64,000 nucleotides of DNA from Nannocystales bacterium (lineage in GTDB: Bacteria; Myxococcota_A; Polyangia; Nannocystales; Nannocystaceae), in the NCBI GenBank assembly GCA_050633305.1, contig JBOEGF010000014.1, positions 427,436-491,435 of the forward strand. Direction: 5' to 3'. The notes beneath the pieces are model-generated. The model was not told where the DNA came from. It did no database searches and was given only the letters and a program-made list of their open reading frames with translations. The first letter of the stretch is position 1. Each line of letters opens with the position of its first letter. Made by a program: the position numbers and the translations under genes. This document shows, in pieces, positions 28,238 to 38,302 of this stretch.

Positions 28238-28780
28238 ATGAGAACGAAATCAAACCGCTCTTTGTCTCTTCTGTCTTTGGCCGCATCTATGGCGCTCGTA
28301 CTCGGAGGTTGCGACGACGCCGAGGGTGAAGACTCCATCGCACGTCAGTTCGTTGCACCGCTGGTCGAGGCGGGGCTGGATGCCGACAGCTCAGAGATGG
28401 ACGACGCGATCGACCTCCTGATGGCGGCGGGGGCCGATCCATCCTCCGATGTGACCGAGCGCCTTTCCGGCGAGGCGCTTGAGCTTGCCGCAGAGGAGCT
28501 CGATGAAGCAGAGCTGGCGCTCACGGCCGAGTCGGCCGAACTTGATCGGCTTCGCTCTGGCGCGTTCTCGAAGACAGGGTATGGCGCAAGTCACCTCTGG
28601 TGTTCCTTGGCCGGGATGTCCACGGCCCGAATCCGGGCGCAGAGGGATGCCGACGCCAGGGCGCAGGCCACATGTGGAAATGCAGCCGCGCTGTCGATCC
28701 CTGGAACGCAGCAGGTCTCGTACTCCGAACCAAACAACCGCTGCAGAGCGGCCTACACGCGCATGTATTCGTGCCTCTGA
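28238..28780 (+). CDS. Hypothetical lipoprotein (acidic N-half, basic 4-Cys C-domain)
   Basis: MRTKSNR...LVLGGCDD lipobox. Confidence 0.7.
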   Translation: MRTKSNRSLSLLSLAASMALVLGGCDDAEGEDSIARQFVAPLVEAGLDADSSEMDDAIDLLMAAGADPSSDVTERLSGEALELAAEELDEAELALTAESAELDRLRSGAFSKTGYGASHLWCSLAGMSTARIRAQRDADARAQATCGNAAALSIPGTQQVSYSEPNNRCRAAYTRMYSCL

Positions 28781-28857
28781 ACGCGGGCGCTCCCGGGTCG
28801 AAGGCGAGACGGGCCCGAGCGCGGCCCGTCTCCCAAGGCTGGTGGGCCCAGCGATGA

Positions 28858-30117
28858 TCAGCCACCATGTTTGTACAGCTGTAGCTGGCTCTCGGTCGCC
28901 CATGCAGTGACGCCACACTCGGGGATCGAGGCGACGATCGGAGCCTCGCTGCTGCTGAAGGGCCACGGCGTCTCCGAGAAGTCGTCGATGAGGGTGTACA
29001 CGTCCGCCTGGCTGTCGAACTCGTAGAGCAGGTGCTGCTCGCCTGCCATGAACAGGTAGCGATCGGTCAGCGGATCGACGGTCAGCAAGTCGACCCGAAT
29101 CCCGAAACCGATCGGCGCATCCGACATTCGATGCACCTGCGCATCGGCGTCGACCCGGATCACGACAGTCCCGGTGTCGTTGCCGCCCGCGAGCAGGACC
29201 TCTCCCAGTCCAGGGTTGTCTCGACCCAACGAGTGGTGGCCGCTGACGTCAAAGTCTCCGTACTCTTGCCAGGCGCGTGTCTGTGGGTCGTAGAGTCGAA
29301 GCCCGCCGTCTCGGCTGTAGTTCAGTAGCTCGTCGCGCGCCGAGAACCATTCGATGATCGCGGTCAGCTGAGGGTCCACGCCTTCGGGCAACACGCTCCA
29401 CGACTCGTCCTCGATGTCGAAGCGATGGACGTCCGTCTGCAGGTGATAGAAGTGCCCCCGCGAAGTGTCGAGTGCATTGCGGGCATAGATGTGTCCGAAC
29501 GCGTTGTAAAACGGCGGGCCCGCGTAGTCCGGTACGGTGTCGTCCAGCCCGACGTCGCTCCACATGTGGTCCTGCGCCGAGTACCGCACGAAGCGACGGG
29601 TCTGCCTCAGCCCCATGAAGTAGATCTCCGACGTGCCGGGGTTCCACTGCGCGTCGTCGGACCACGTCGCGATGTCCAGGCCTCCGACCGAGCCATTCTC
29701 GGGATGCACATAGGGCGGTGCCCATTGCAGCTCGCCGAGGCCCGGTCCGACCTCGGCCCAGCTCCGGTTTGGCATCGATGCCGCGACGCGACCGAGTACC
29801 GTATCCCCGCAGTCGAGGGTGGTGCCTCCACTCGACGAACTCTCGCTTTCGGTCGCCTGCCCGGTTGAGGTGCTCGCGCTCGAGGCTGAGGAACTGGACG
29901 AGCCGCTCGTCCCCGCCTCCGCGGTCGTGGAGGGCCCAGCGCTGCCCTGTGAGGCCGCGTGGGTCCCCGTCCCCGAGCCTTCCGTGCCCTCCGTGGTGCC
30001 TGCTCCCATTCCAGCGTCGTCGTCACCGCAGCCGGGCACGAGCAGCGCCAACGCCAGGGGCAGTAAACATCGAAGGTGTCGAAAAACCGGGGAACGTGCG
30101 TGATGTTGTGTCGTCAT
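28858..30117 (-). CDS. Kelch-like beta-propeller lipoprotein
   Basis: VPGCGDDD lipobox, S/T/G linker, repeats ending Y-x5-W and LLAGG. Confidence 0.75.
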   Translation of the reverse strand: MTTQHHARSPVFRHLRCLLPLALALLVPGCGDDDAGMGAGTTEGTEGSGTGTHAASQGSAGPSTTAEAGTSGSSSSSASSASTSTGQATESESSSSGGTTLDCGDTVLGRVAASMPNRSWAEVGPGLGELQWAPPYVHPENGSVGGLDIATWSDDAQWNPGTSEIYFMGLRQTRRFVRYSAQDHMWSDVGLDDTVPDYAGPPFYNAFGHIYARNALDTSRGHFYHLQTDVHRFDIEDESWSVLPEGVDPQLTAIIEWFSARDELLNYSRDGGLRLYDPQTRAWQEYGDFDVSGHHSLGRDNPGLGEVLLAGGNDTGTVVIRVDADAQVHRMSDAPIGFGIRVDLLTVDPLTDRYLFMAGEQHLLYEFDSQADVYTLIDDFSETPWPFSSSEAPIVASIPECGVTAWATESQLQLYKHGG

Positions 30118-30401
30118 GGCTTCGTGTCGCGGAGTCAGGCGCGAGGTTTTCGGGAGCCTACCTGCGCGGCGTCTCGAGCGAGACCTCTGTGCTGCGCAAA
30201 CACGGACAAGTTCGAGCGGTGCCCTCAGGTCGAGGGCCACATCCCCCGCACGGACCCCAGGAAGGGGGCTCCCTGCGGTGTCTGTAAGCACCATCATCTT
30301 CGACGAGCTAGGGTGCTCGTAGACTCGCGCCCCCATCCCCCGGGAACCCGCTTGGACCTTGCCCGTCAGCTCGAATCCTGCCGCGGCTCTTCGCGGGGAT
30401 C

Positions 30402-30851
30402 CTAGTCGAGCGCCGACGCAGCCAGAGGTCGGTCGTCGTCGTGGGTCACGGGGATGCAGCCGGCTTCGGAGCCACACTTGAGGCAGCCGCCTCCACAGTC
30501 GCCGGGTGCCATGACGACCCTGCACCGCGCGCAGACGAAGAACGGCACGTCTCTCGTTCTCACGACGGCCTTGAGGGCGTCGCTCGCCAGGGATTGAGGC
30601 GGCGGAGTTTGAACATCGAACTCGCGGGCCAGTCGAGCTTCGTTGCTGAACAGTCGAGCCAAACAATAGAACATGTACGCGATGCCGACTCCGAGCAGCC
30701 CGAGGCCCAGCCAGCCGATGGGGGGCAGGATCCGCGCGGCGAGCAGACCAAGTCCGAGAAGGAGCGCGGCAACACCACCGGTATGTCCGTGCGCATCGAG
30801 CTTCCGCAGCGGATAGCATTCTCTACGCCAACCCGGGTTCGGCCGCGACAT
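30402..30851 (-). CDS. Small membrane protein with C-terminal Cys cluster (Zn-ribbon-like)
   Basis: Two TMs, then CARC...CGGGCLKC...C. Confidence 0.65.
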   Translation of the reverse strand: MSRPNPGWRRECYPLRKLDAHGHTGGVAALLLGLGLLAARILPPIGWLGLGLLGVGIAYMFYCLARLFSNEARLAREFDVQTPPPQSLASDALKAVVRTRDVPFFVCARCRVVMAPGDCGGGCLKCGSEAGCIPVTHDDDRPLAASALD

Positions 30852-30859
30852 TCCGTCCT

Positions 30860-31249
30860 CACTACGGCCACGAGCGCGGTGTCGATTCGCGCAAACCACG
30901 GAATCAGCGTGGAGAGCTCCACGGCCGTCACGGCCATGGGTACGCCGATCCAGACGAAGTCGAGGACCAACGCGATACCCCAGCACCACAGCACCACGGT
31001 GAGCGGTCCACCGCCATCGTTGCGACCAGAGAGTGCGTGGACACCAAGGAGAACCACCGCCCAGCCGATGATGTTCACGGCGGCTTGCGCCCAGCTGAGG
31101 TAGGCCAGCATTTCGAAGTCGGATTCGAGGAGCCCGGCTCCATCGGCCGCCTGCCATGTGCCCGCCTTGAAGAAGAGCAGCGTCAGGCCCAGGACCAGCA
31201 TGGCGGCGAAGGCCAGGCGGATCTGTCGAGAGGTCTGGGCGGCATCCAT
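30860..31249 (-). CDS. Hypothetical membrane protein; 3' end uncertain (frame reads on to 30560)
   Basis: Three hydrophobic helices from MDAAQTSRQ. The run-through tail overlaps the next gene and looks non-coding. Confidence 0.5.
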
Positions 31250-32184
31250 GGGTGGACCGGGGACCCCGCGCCGCGAATCGACCCTGCGCCAGGGGGAAAC
31301 GTCGTCGCGACCGCCGACGAGGATTGGGGCATCACGTCCGGACCCGGCAACAACGCTCGGAGGTCCACCTCGTAGAAGGCGGAATCGACTGGTCGTCGAT
31401 GCGCACCTTTCGTTCCGCGTCGATGCAGAGTTCCACAACCTCCTACGGCAGTTCCGGCAGCGTGGGTTCGTACGGCCCCGGAGTGCGGGGATCGATCACG
31501 TGTTCCTCCGCGACCCCGAATCGGTGCTTGCTGGAGAGCAACTCGGAGGCCTTCCTTGCCGACCATGAACTCGATGGTGCGACCTCCCGGATGAGTGACC
31601 ACCGATTCATGCTCACCGACCTCGAGATCGACGGGCCGGGGGGGTCGTCGACCTGCTCCCAGTGGTCGAGAGCATCTTCTGGTTCGGGCTACATCATCGC
31701 GGGAGACAGGGCGTTCGTGACATTCGGCCCGGAAGACGCGTGGGATCTGCCTGCCGCGACTCTTCGTGAGTCTTAAAAAACCGTGGCAGCGGTCGCTGTC
31801 TCGATAGGTGGGCCGAATGCCGATACGTGGGGTCGGAGCCGCCTCGTTCTCGCGACCTCGTGATCGAGTCGGGGACGGTATCCCCTCTCCACGAAAACCT
31901 GGCCCTGGGGACAGGTACGTCGAGCCCAACCGCCCCAGGGTCCGCCCAGGGAACCCGCTGGTTTGCTGGGAATCGGGGGGAATCCCTGCAGGACTGTACA
32001 TAGGCTCACTTCGTCCGGCCGGGCGGTATGTGTCTACAACTCGACGCAATGAGGATAGGAGGGAGGCTGCGCCATAACAAGGACCACCGGCAAGCTGTGC
32101 GCCGCGCAGCGACAGAGTTGGGGCCTCCCGGCCGCTTGAGCCATCGGCCGTGATCCCGCTAACGTCTACGTCTTGAGGCGGGGG

Positions 32185-33138
32185 ATGGCCAGGAACGACG
32201 CGGAAAATCTCGATGGGACGGTCCTCGTCGTGGACGACGACGCGACGAGTGCCGGTTTGTTGTGTGAGGCGGTCGAGGCCTTCGGCATGACCGCGGCCTC
32301 GGCGACTGACTGGATCGACGCACTGCGCAAGCACAAGACCATCCGTCCCGACGTCGTGTTGATGGACGCGATGATGCCGACCGTCGACGGCTACAAGCTC
32401 ACCAAGATCCTACGGCAACGCTCGGAGGCCTACTTGCCCGTCGTCTTCGTGACGACACTGGGCGGTCAGGCTTCGCGTCGGCGGGCTTTCGAATCGGGAG
32501 CCGATGACGTTTTGCACAAGCCGGTCGACTCTTTCGAACTAAGGCTGAGGATGGCCTCCATGCTCCGCATCCGGCACCTCGCGACAGAACTCATGGCGGG
32601 CCAGTTGGCCCTCGCCGAACTGGCACACCGTGACCAGCTGACCGGGCTGCCCAACCGTCGCGCATACGTAAAGCGCTCGGCCGAAGAGCTCGAACGGGCC
32701 AACCGTTTTGGTCACCCGCTGGGCCTGCTTGTGATCGACGTCGACCATTTCAAGAGGGTCAACGACGCTTTCGGCCACGTCGCAGGCGACCGAGTGCTCG
32801 CATCACTGGGCGGGTTGCTCGGCCGTGCGGTCCGGCGCCCCGACAGCGCCTATCGTTACGGAGGCGAGGAGTTCGTGGTGCTGGTCCCCGAGAGCCCGAT
32901 CGACAGCTTGCTGACCCTGGCCGAGCAACTCCGTATCGAGTTCTCGACGCTTCAGGACTCTGAAGCCGGAGCACAGACACTCTCGATCGGAGTTGCCGTC
33001 GGCGAGCCCGGCGCCCAATCTGTCGAGTCACCGGCCCTCTTCGAAGCTGCCGACCGAGCCGTCTACCGGGCCAAGGCGTCGGGTCGCAACCGGGTCGAGG
33101 TCGAGTTCGTGGGTGCCCTTGCGACCGGCTCTTGCTGA
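32185..33138 (+). CDS. Response-regulator diguanylate cyclase (REC + GGDEF)
   Basis: VLVVDDD, MDAMMP, KP; DQLTGLPNRR, IDVDHFKRVND, RRPD I-site, GGEEF. Confidence 0.95.
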   Translation: MARNDAENLDGTVLVVDDDATSAGLLCEAVEAFGMTAASATDWIDALRKHKTIRPDVVLMDAMMPTVDGYKLTKILRQRSEAYLPVVFVTTLGGQASRRRAFESGADDVLHKPVDSFELRLRMASMLRIRHLATELMAGQLALAELAHRDQLTGLPNRRAYVKRSAEELERANRFGHPLGLLVIDVDHFKRVNDAFGHVAGDRVLASLGGLLGRAVRRPDSAYRYGGEEFVVLVPESPIDSLLTLAEQLRIEFSTLQDSEAGAQTLSIGVAVGEPGAQSVESPALFEAADRAVYRAKASGRNRVEVEFVGALATGSC

Positions 33139-33215
33139 CCGGCCGAGCTTCTGCCCGGTACCCCTTGCCGCGGTTTGCTCAGCCCTGGGTGGGAAGCAAC
33201 CCAAGGGGACGGCCC

Positions 33216-34877
33216 CTAATGGTGAGGCAGCAGGATCGGGCGGCCGCGAAGGCTCTCGGCGATTTCGGTCTTGGCGTCGTATGTCGAGAGACCGTGCGAC
33301 GGGGCTGGAGGGGCTGCGGATTGCTCGGGGCACAGCCACGGCAGCGCGTTCTCGTCCTCGATGACCATAGCGGTCAGGTCCTCGAAGGCGACCTGCGTGT
33401 TGCTCGAGGTGAATGTGCCGTCACCGTTGTCGGTGGCTTCGGCAGCCGGTATGAGCAGGACGATCGTACCCTGTCCGACTGCACACGGGTTGGCGATACC
33501 CAACAGGGAGGTCAGTTCCTGCACATCGAGCACCGTGCCGCTCGGCGTCTCGTGGAGGGCGGAGTAGCTCAGCCATAGATCGGGCTCTCCCGGCTCGTCG
33601 GCGAGGTAGTAGAAAGCCCCCGGGGAGAATGACCCTTGGATCCAGTTCGGCGGGACGGGCAGTCGATAGAAGGAGGGATCGGCCATGTCGAGCAGCATCG
33701 GCTCGATGCGTTCTGCTGCAACCTCGTTGCGGGCATTGACCGCCTCTTGGGCGCTCGCCTGCACGTCGGCGTCGTCGGGTGCAGCCTCGGGGTCGAACTG
33801 GCTCAGCAAGACCTGCTGCATCGTCGTGCCGTCTTCAACGACGCCTTGCCAACCGTCGGCGCCTACGCGCTGAAGGGATAGTCCAGTCAATACGCCCAAA
33901 TCGTACGGCTCGCGGCCGCCGGAATAGTGCGACAGCGAAGCATACGAATCGAGATGCTCGACAACGGCATCGACGAGCTCTTCGTCCGTTGCATCGCACC
34001 CCAACGCTGCAAGGGCGCTCATCATCGCCGAGCCGTACTCGGCGCTTCCCTCTGTGATGTCGTAGGAAGCGATCGCATTCATGTCGTTCGGAAATGCATC
34101 GAACGCGGCTTCTCGCCAAAACGCCGCGGTACCGAAGTCCACGGTCCCGTCTTCGAGTTCCCCGCGTAGAGCCCACCCCATCTGCGCCCGGAAGTATCTC
34201 GGCTCCCAAGGTTCGGGGTACGGCAACGAGCGGCTGCCCGGGTTGACGTTCCACCCCGACTGCCCCGACAAGTAGTGCATCCCCTCGTGGAAGGTCAGAC
34301 CCAGGGCGTAGTCGTGCCACTGTGGAACCCCAGCTTTCTCGAACTCCGCGTTGAGCTCTGCGGTGACATCCAGTGAGATTCCGAGCGTTCGCACGTCGTT
34401 ATAGACGCCGAACTCGAATGTCGAGTGCCACTCGGCGCCCAGGCTGGCAAAGTCCACTTCGGTGAGTCCAGGAGACTCCGCCCCCGAATGTTGGTCGTTC
34501 CAAAGGTAGGCCTCGCCGTTCTGCACAGAGACCAGCATGATCTGGCTCGTTCGCATGTTGTCTGCGACCTCCGGCCACGCGCGGTCGGGACACAGGAACA
34601 TCGCGGTGAATAGGGCTTCTTCGATGAGCTCCAAGCGGCTCAGCGGCTCGCCAGTGCTCGAACCGTCACCGCTGGTGGTGTCGTCCGCGGCCGTGGTGCC
34701 CTGTCCGGTCGTACCGTCGTCGGCATTGCTGGTCGTGTCTGGGTCACCCGTGGTCTCCTGACCTGCAGTCGTGGTGCCGGTATCCGCGGCGCTACCGGTG
34801 TCATCGCCGCACCCACCAGCGGCGGTGAGAATCAGCGCGGCGGTGAACAACTGGTGAGGCGAGCGATTCATGGGCAT
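33216..34877 (-). CDS. Lipoprotein, putative gluzincin-type metallopeptidase
   Basis: AGGCGDD lipobox, T-rich linker, FHEGMHY and downstream EGSAEY. Confidence 0.7.
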   Translation of the reverse strand: MPMNRSPHQLFTAALILTAAGGCGDDTGSAADTGTTTAGQETTGDPDTTSNADDGTTGQGTTAADDTTSGDGSSTGEPLSRLELIEEALFTAMFLCPDRAWPEVADNMRTSQIMLVSVQNGEAYLWNDQHSGAESPGLTEVDFASLGAEWHSTFEFGVYNDVRTLGISLDVTAELNAEFEKAGVPQWHDYALGLTFHEGMHYLSGQSGWNVNPGSRSLPYPEPWEPRYFRAQMGWALRGELEDGTVDFGTAAFWREAAFDAFPNDMNAIASYDITEGSAEYGSAMMSALAALGCDATDEELVDAVVEHLDSYASLSHYSGGREPYDLGVLTGLSLQRVGADGWQGVVEDGTTMQQVLLSQFDPEAAPDDADVQASAQEAVNARNEVAAERIEPMLLDMADPSFYRLPVPPNWIQGSFSPGAFYYLADEPGEPDLWLSYSALHETPSGTVLDVQELTSLLGIANPCAVGQGTIVLLIPAAEATDNGDGTFTSSNTQVAFEDLTAMVIEDENALPWLCPEQSAAPPAPSHGLSTYDAKTEIAESLRGRPILLPHH

Positions 34878-35062
34878 AGTGTTTGCCAGTTTCAGGGCGC
34901 GGTTGCCACAGAGTTGGTCACAAACTCGGACATCGACCGCCTCTGCGCGTGCCGGTCACGAACGCCAAAAAACTCGACTTGGCCGTGGGTGCTGAGGGGC
35001 CAAAATCCCGGCAGGAAACGTGCTCGGTGGGCGACCGCGGCTCTCGAATCGGTGGCGAGGAC

Positions 35063-35749
35063 TCAGTGCTCACGCCTATACCGGTCCGCGGGAGAGTCCC
35101 CTCCGATCGGTTCGGGCACGCCGACGTACCAGTCGGCATTGTAGCGCTTGCAGACGACGTTGTAGTCGGCGAGCAGCTGCGCCACGTCGTCCGTGAAACG
35201 CTCGGCTGCGGATGGATCCCAATAGCCGCACTCCTCGTAGTCCCCCGCGGTCCGGCAGCTGTATTGCCCGAGGGTGTCTTCGGCTGCACGGATCGTTTCG
35301 GAGAACCGACCTCGCAGGCCCTCGAGTTCGGGCTCTTCGAGCGAGAGCGACTCCAGGTCCTCCGCGAGGCCTCCGTACCCATCCGCGATTTCACGTGCCC
35401 GGTAGACGGCGTTTTCCGTCGTGGTGGGTGCTCGCTTCTCGGGCGCCGCGATGTAGAACTTGAACGCGTCTTCCAGCTCCTGGCAGTCATCCATGTCTTG
35501 GAGTGCTCCGTGACCTCCGACGAGAAAGAACACGACGATGGTGACCAGGGCGGCCACCGCCATGAGCCCTGCGAAGACCGCACCGCTGCTCGGGGTCCGC
35601 GGGGGAGCCGAAGGAGTCGCTGAAGTTGCCCGCCGATGGCCGCGGACCTGCTCTTGCGCGTGTTCTTGGAGCTTCGCTCGGCGGATGCGTTCGGCGGGTG
35701 GGATGTAGTCCGGCCCGAAGGAGTGAGGCCCCGATTGTTGAGTCGCCAT
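35063..35749 (-). CDS. Hypothetical single-pass membrane protein (paralog of 26267-26908)
   Basis: FGPDYIPPAERIRR, TM, CQELEDA...LAEDLESLSL...LRGRFSE. Confidence 0.75.
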   Translation of the reverse strand: MATQQSGPHSFGPDYIPPAERIRRAKLQEHAQEQVRGHRRATSATPSAPPRTPSSGAVFAGLMAVAALVTIVVFFLVGGHGALQDMDDCQELEDAFKFYIAAPEKRAPTTTENAVYRAREIADGYGGLAEDLESLSLEEPELEGLRGRFSETIRAAEDTLGQYSCRTAGDYEECGYWDPSAAERFTDDVAQLLADYNVVCKRYNADWYVGVPEPIGGDSPADRYRREH

Positions 35750-36033
35750 GATTGTGAGCGCCAAGGGGTCCAGGACGCGCTCTTCCGTCGGGCGCTTACA
35801 ACATTGAGGGCGCCCCCGTCGAGTTCATCGTCCTGATGAGCCCACACCGTAGCAAACCTTTTCAGTCGAGCAATCGCTGCGTTGGGCTGGTCTGCTGGGC
35901 CGGGTCACGGTGATGTTGGATGAAGGCCCTGGAACAGCGCCGGTGACAATGTCCACGAAAACGGACACTCGACACGGTCTCCCGAGGTTGCTGCACGTAT
36001 CAAGCAGGCCGCCCAGCCTTCACCAGGTCCGGC

Positions 36034-38061
36034 TTACTCGCAAGCGGCGCGGGTCCAGCTCCGATGCAGGTCGTCGATCCACAAGCTGCTTCCGTCCTCG
36101 GCAACAGCGGCCAGCGGCGCCCTGTTCCAGAGCGTCTCAGGGAGATCGAGGAGCTCCCAGCCGACCCCGTCGAACGTCCACAACGAAGAAGGGGGCGCGT
36201 CCTGTGTCAGCGCCCGCGGCGCTACCGTCAGGACGATGCCGCCCGCCGCGTTGCCGCTCAAGGAGACGCGCATATCCTTCGGAACGTCGGGCAACTCCGG
36301 CCACAATGCTGATGCGGACTGCCACGTCTGCCCATCATGAACCTGCAGTCTGCCGTCGCCGTCGACGACGAAGACGCGGTCGGGGGCGAACGCTCGCACC
36401 TGTTGGAGCCCAACGCTCGGGAGCGGAGCTGGGACCGAGGTCCATCCAGACTCATCGAGGTGATGAAGTGAGCCGGCCGTGGACACGTAGAGATGCTCGC
36501 CGACGCCGTGGATATCCACGCGGTTGCTGTCGCCGATGTTGTTGATGCCAGGTGAGAGGTCCACCCAAGTGCTGCCGTCGAAGCGCATGACCAACAGCTC
36601 GTTGAACACGCCCGAGGTCCCGATGACGCGGGCACCCGCGGCGTAGACGGCCTGCCCGTCTCCCCAGACTTGGGAGAGACCAGGGTCGTCGACGGGGAAG
36701 GAGGCTGGGAATACCCCTCGTGCCGTCCCTTGCCAGAGCGCGCCGTCGGTATGGACCATGAAGAACGCTGTGGTGGACGTGCCCCAGATCGATCGAATTT
36801 GACCGCCATAGACTCCTTCCACAGTCGACCAAGCGCCGTCCACGAAACGCTGTAAGCCGTTGCTCGGCGAGAACCCGATCGCTTCGTCCCTGCTGAGTGG
36901 GAAGAGGACCGAGAAGTCCCCGCGGTTCCGCCACGCGACCTCCGTCGTGAGCTCGGCTGCACCCTCGAGGTCCGAGACGCGATCGATGTAGATCCCGCTC
37001 CCCGACGGGGGAGGAGTTCGTACCAACAGCGCGTTGGGTCCTTCGGTCAGCAGCATGCGCTCCGTGCTGGAGACGGGGAGAAGCGGCGTCCGGCCTTCGT
37101 CTTCCACCCGCTCGATGAAACTCTCTTCGCCGGTCTGTGTGAGCGCATATGCGACGCCGCCTTCGACCTGCAGATCGCGGATGGTGCCTCCTTCGACCTC
37201 ACCCGTGGTCAGGACCCCGTCGAGCCAGTGCCAATAGGCACCACTGTCCCCGGTGATCCACAGCTCGGTTGACGACACGGCTTCGACACGAACGAAGGTC
37301 TCGGTTCCTTGTGACTCGATGTAGTCCCATGCGTCGCCGGTCCATCGGGCTGCGACGCCTTCCCAACCCACCGCCCACACGGTATCGCCGACGACATCGA
37401 AGCTCCGCACCCACTGCGCGTCAGGGATCTCGACCCAGTTCCCACCTTCGAGATGGTGCATTTGCGGCGGTATCACCGGACAAGGCCCGATGCCGCACAT
37501 CCGGTCGGGACCGATCAACGCCCATGGGTCGCCGTCTCCGTCGACCTCGAGCATGATCCACTCGGGCGTCTCGAGCGGTAGCGGCACGAACTCCTCCGCG
37601 TCGCCATTGAAGTGGAGCAGTTCGGACCGGCGGGATCCCGCGAACCAAGCGTCATCAGCCGTACTGGCGGCCACCTGGATGACGTACGGGAGTTCGTCCG
37701 GAGCCGCTGTGCGGTGCCACGCCTCCCCATCAAACTCGACGATGAGCCCCTCAGCTGCGACGAGCGCGGTGGTCCCGTCAGCCCAGATGTCTCGGATCCC
37801 GGGGGCCTCCGTCCAAACACTCGACCAGCACAGGGCGGGGTCAGCCTCGCCCCCGGTCGTGTTCATGGTGCCGGTCTCAGTGGAGTCGGGGCCGGTTGAG
37901 CTGCCGCCGGTCGCATCGTCTCCAGAGACATCGCCTCCGCTCGTACCTCCCGCCGAGTCGCCTTCTCCGCTCGTGCCGGTTTCCACTCCCGCCCCCGCGA
38001 CGCTCATCCCGCACGCCATCGCTCCCCACAAGCCTACGCAAGCCAAACTGCCAACACGCAT
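36034..38061 (-). CDS. Beta-propeller repeat lipoprotein (F/W-DG-x2-W repeats)
   Basis: AMAC lipobox, S/T/G linker, many repeats such as FDGEAW, WTGDAW, FDGSTW, HDGQTW, IWGTS. Confidence 0.8.
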   Translation of the reverse strand: MRVGSLACVGLWGAMACGMSVAGAGVETGTSGEGDSAGGTSGGDVSGDDATGGSSTGPDSTETGTMNTTGGEADPALCWSSVWTEAPGIRDIWADGTTALVAAEGLIVEFDGEAWHRTAAPDELPYVIQVAASTADDAWFAGSRRSELLHFNGDAEEFVPLPLETPEWIMLEVDGDGDPWALIGPDRMCGIGPCPVIPPQMHHLEGGNWVEIPDAQWVRSFDVVGDTVWAVGWEGVAARWTGDAWDYIESQGTETFVRVEAVSSTELWITGDSGAYWHWLDGVLTTGEVEGGTIRDLQVEGGVAYALTQTGEESFIERVEDEGRTPLLPVSSTERMLLTEGPNALLVRTPPPSGSGIYIDRVSDLEGAAELTTEVAWRNRGDFSVLFPLSRDEAIGFSPSNGLQRFVDGAWSTVEGVYGGQIRSIWGTSTTAFFMVHTDGALWQGTARGVFPASFPVDDPGLSQVWGDGQAVYAAGARVIGTSGVFNELLVMRFDGSTWVDLSPGINNIGDSNRVDIHGVGEHLYVSTAGSLHHLDESGWTSVPAPLPSVGLQQVRAFAPDRVFVVDGDGRLQVHDGQTWQSASALWPELPDVPKDMRVSLSGNAAGGIVLTVAPRALTQDAPPSSLWTFDGVGWELLDLPETLWNRAPLAAVAEDGSSLWIDDLHRSWTRAACE

Positions 38062-38302
38062 AGAGCTATCATAGACCACGGACGGCCCAGGAAGCAGCGA
38101 CGTCGCGAAAACTGCGGCGCCGCGGGAAGAGCGCATGCACGGCCGATCGAGATTGCCGCGCAGGGGGCATAGGACGCGGTCTGTCGCGACACATGTCCCG
38201 TGGAGGCCACCGTTTCGTCGTTGAGCCGGCTGGCAGTGGCGAGGACGCCGGCTCGCTCAGCGCATCGGTGACCTCTTGATTGATATGTTAGATTAGGTAG
38301 CT

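Noticed and set aside
28858..30819. Long N-terminal extensions in track ORFs (also 11138-12490, 26936-28189, 45835-47355, 17122 start)
   Set aside because: Arg/Pro-rich read-through upstream of the true starts, which are marked by RBS, signal peptides or domain boundaries.
31252..32170. Possible gene or pseudogene between the membrane genes and the diguanylate cyclase
   Set aside because: Protein-like text switches between frames with no recognisable motif.
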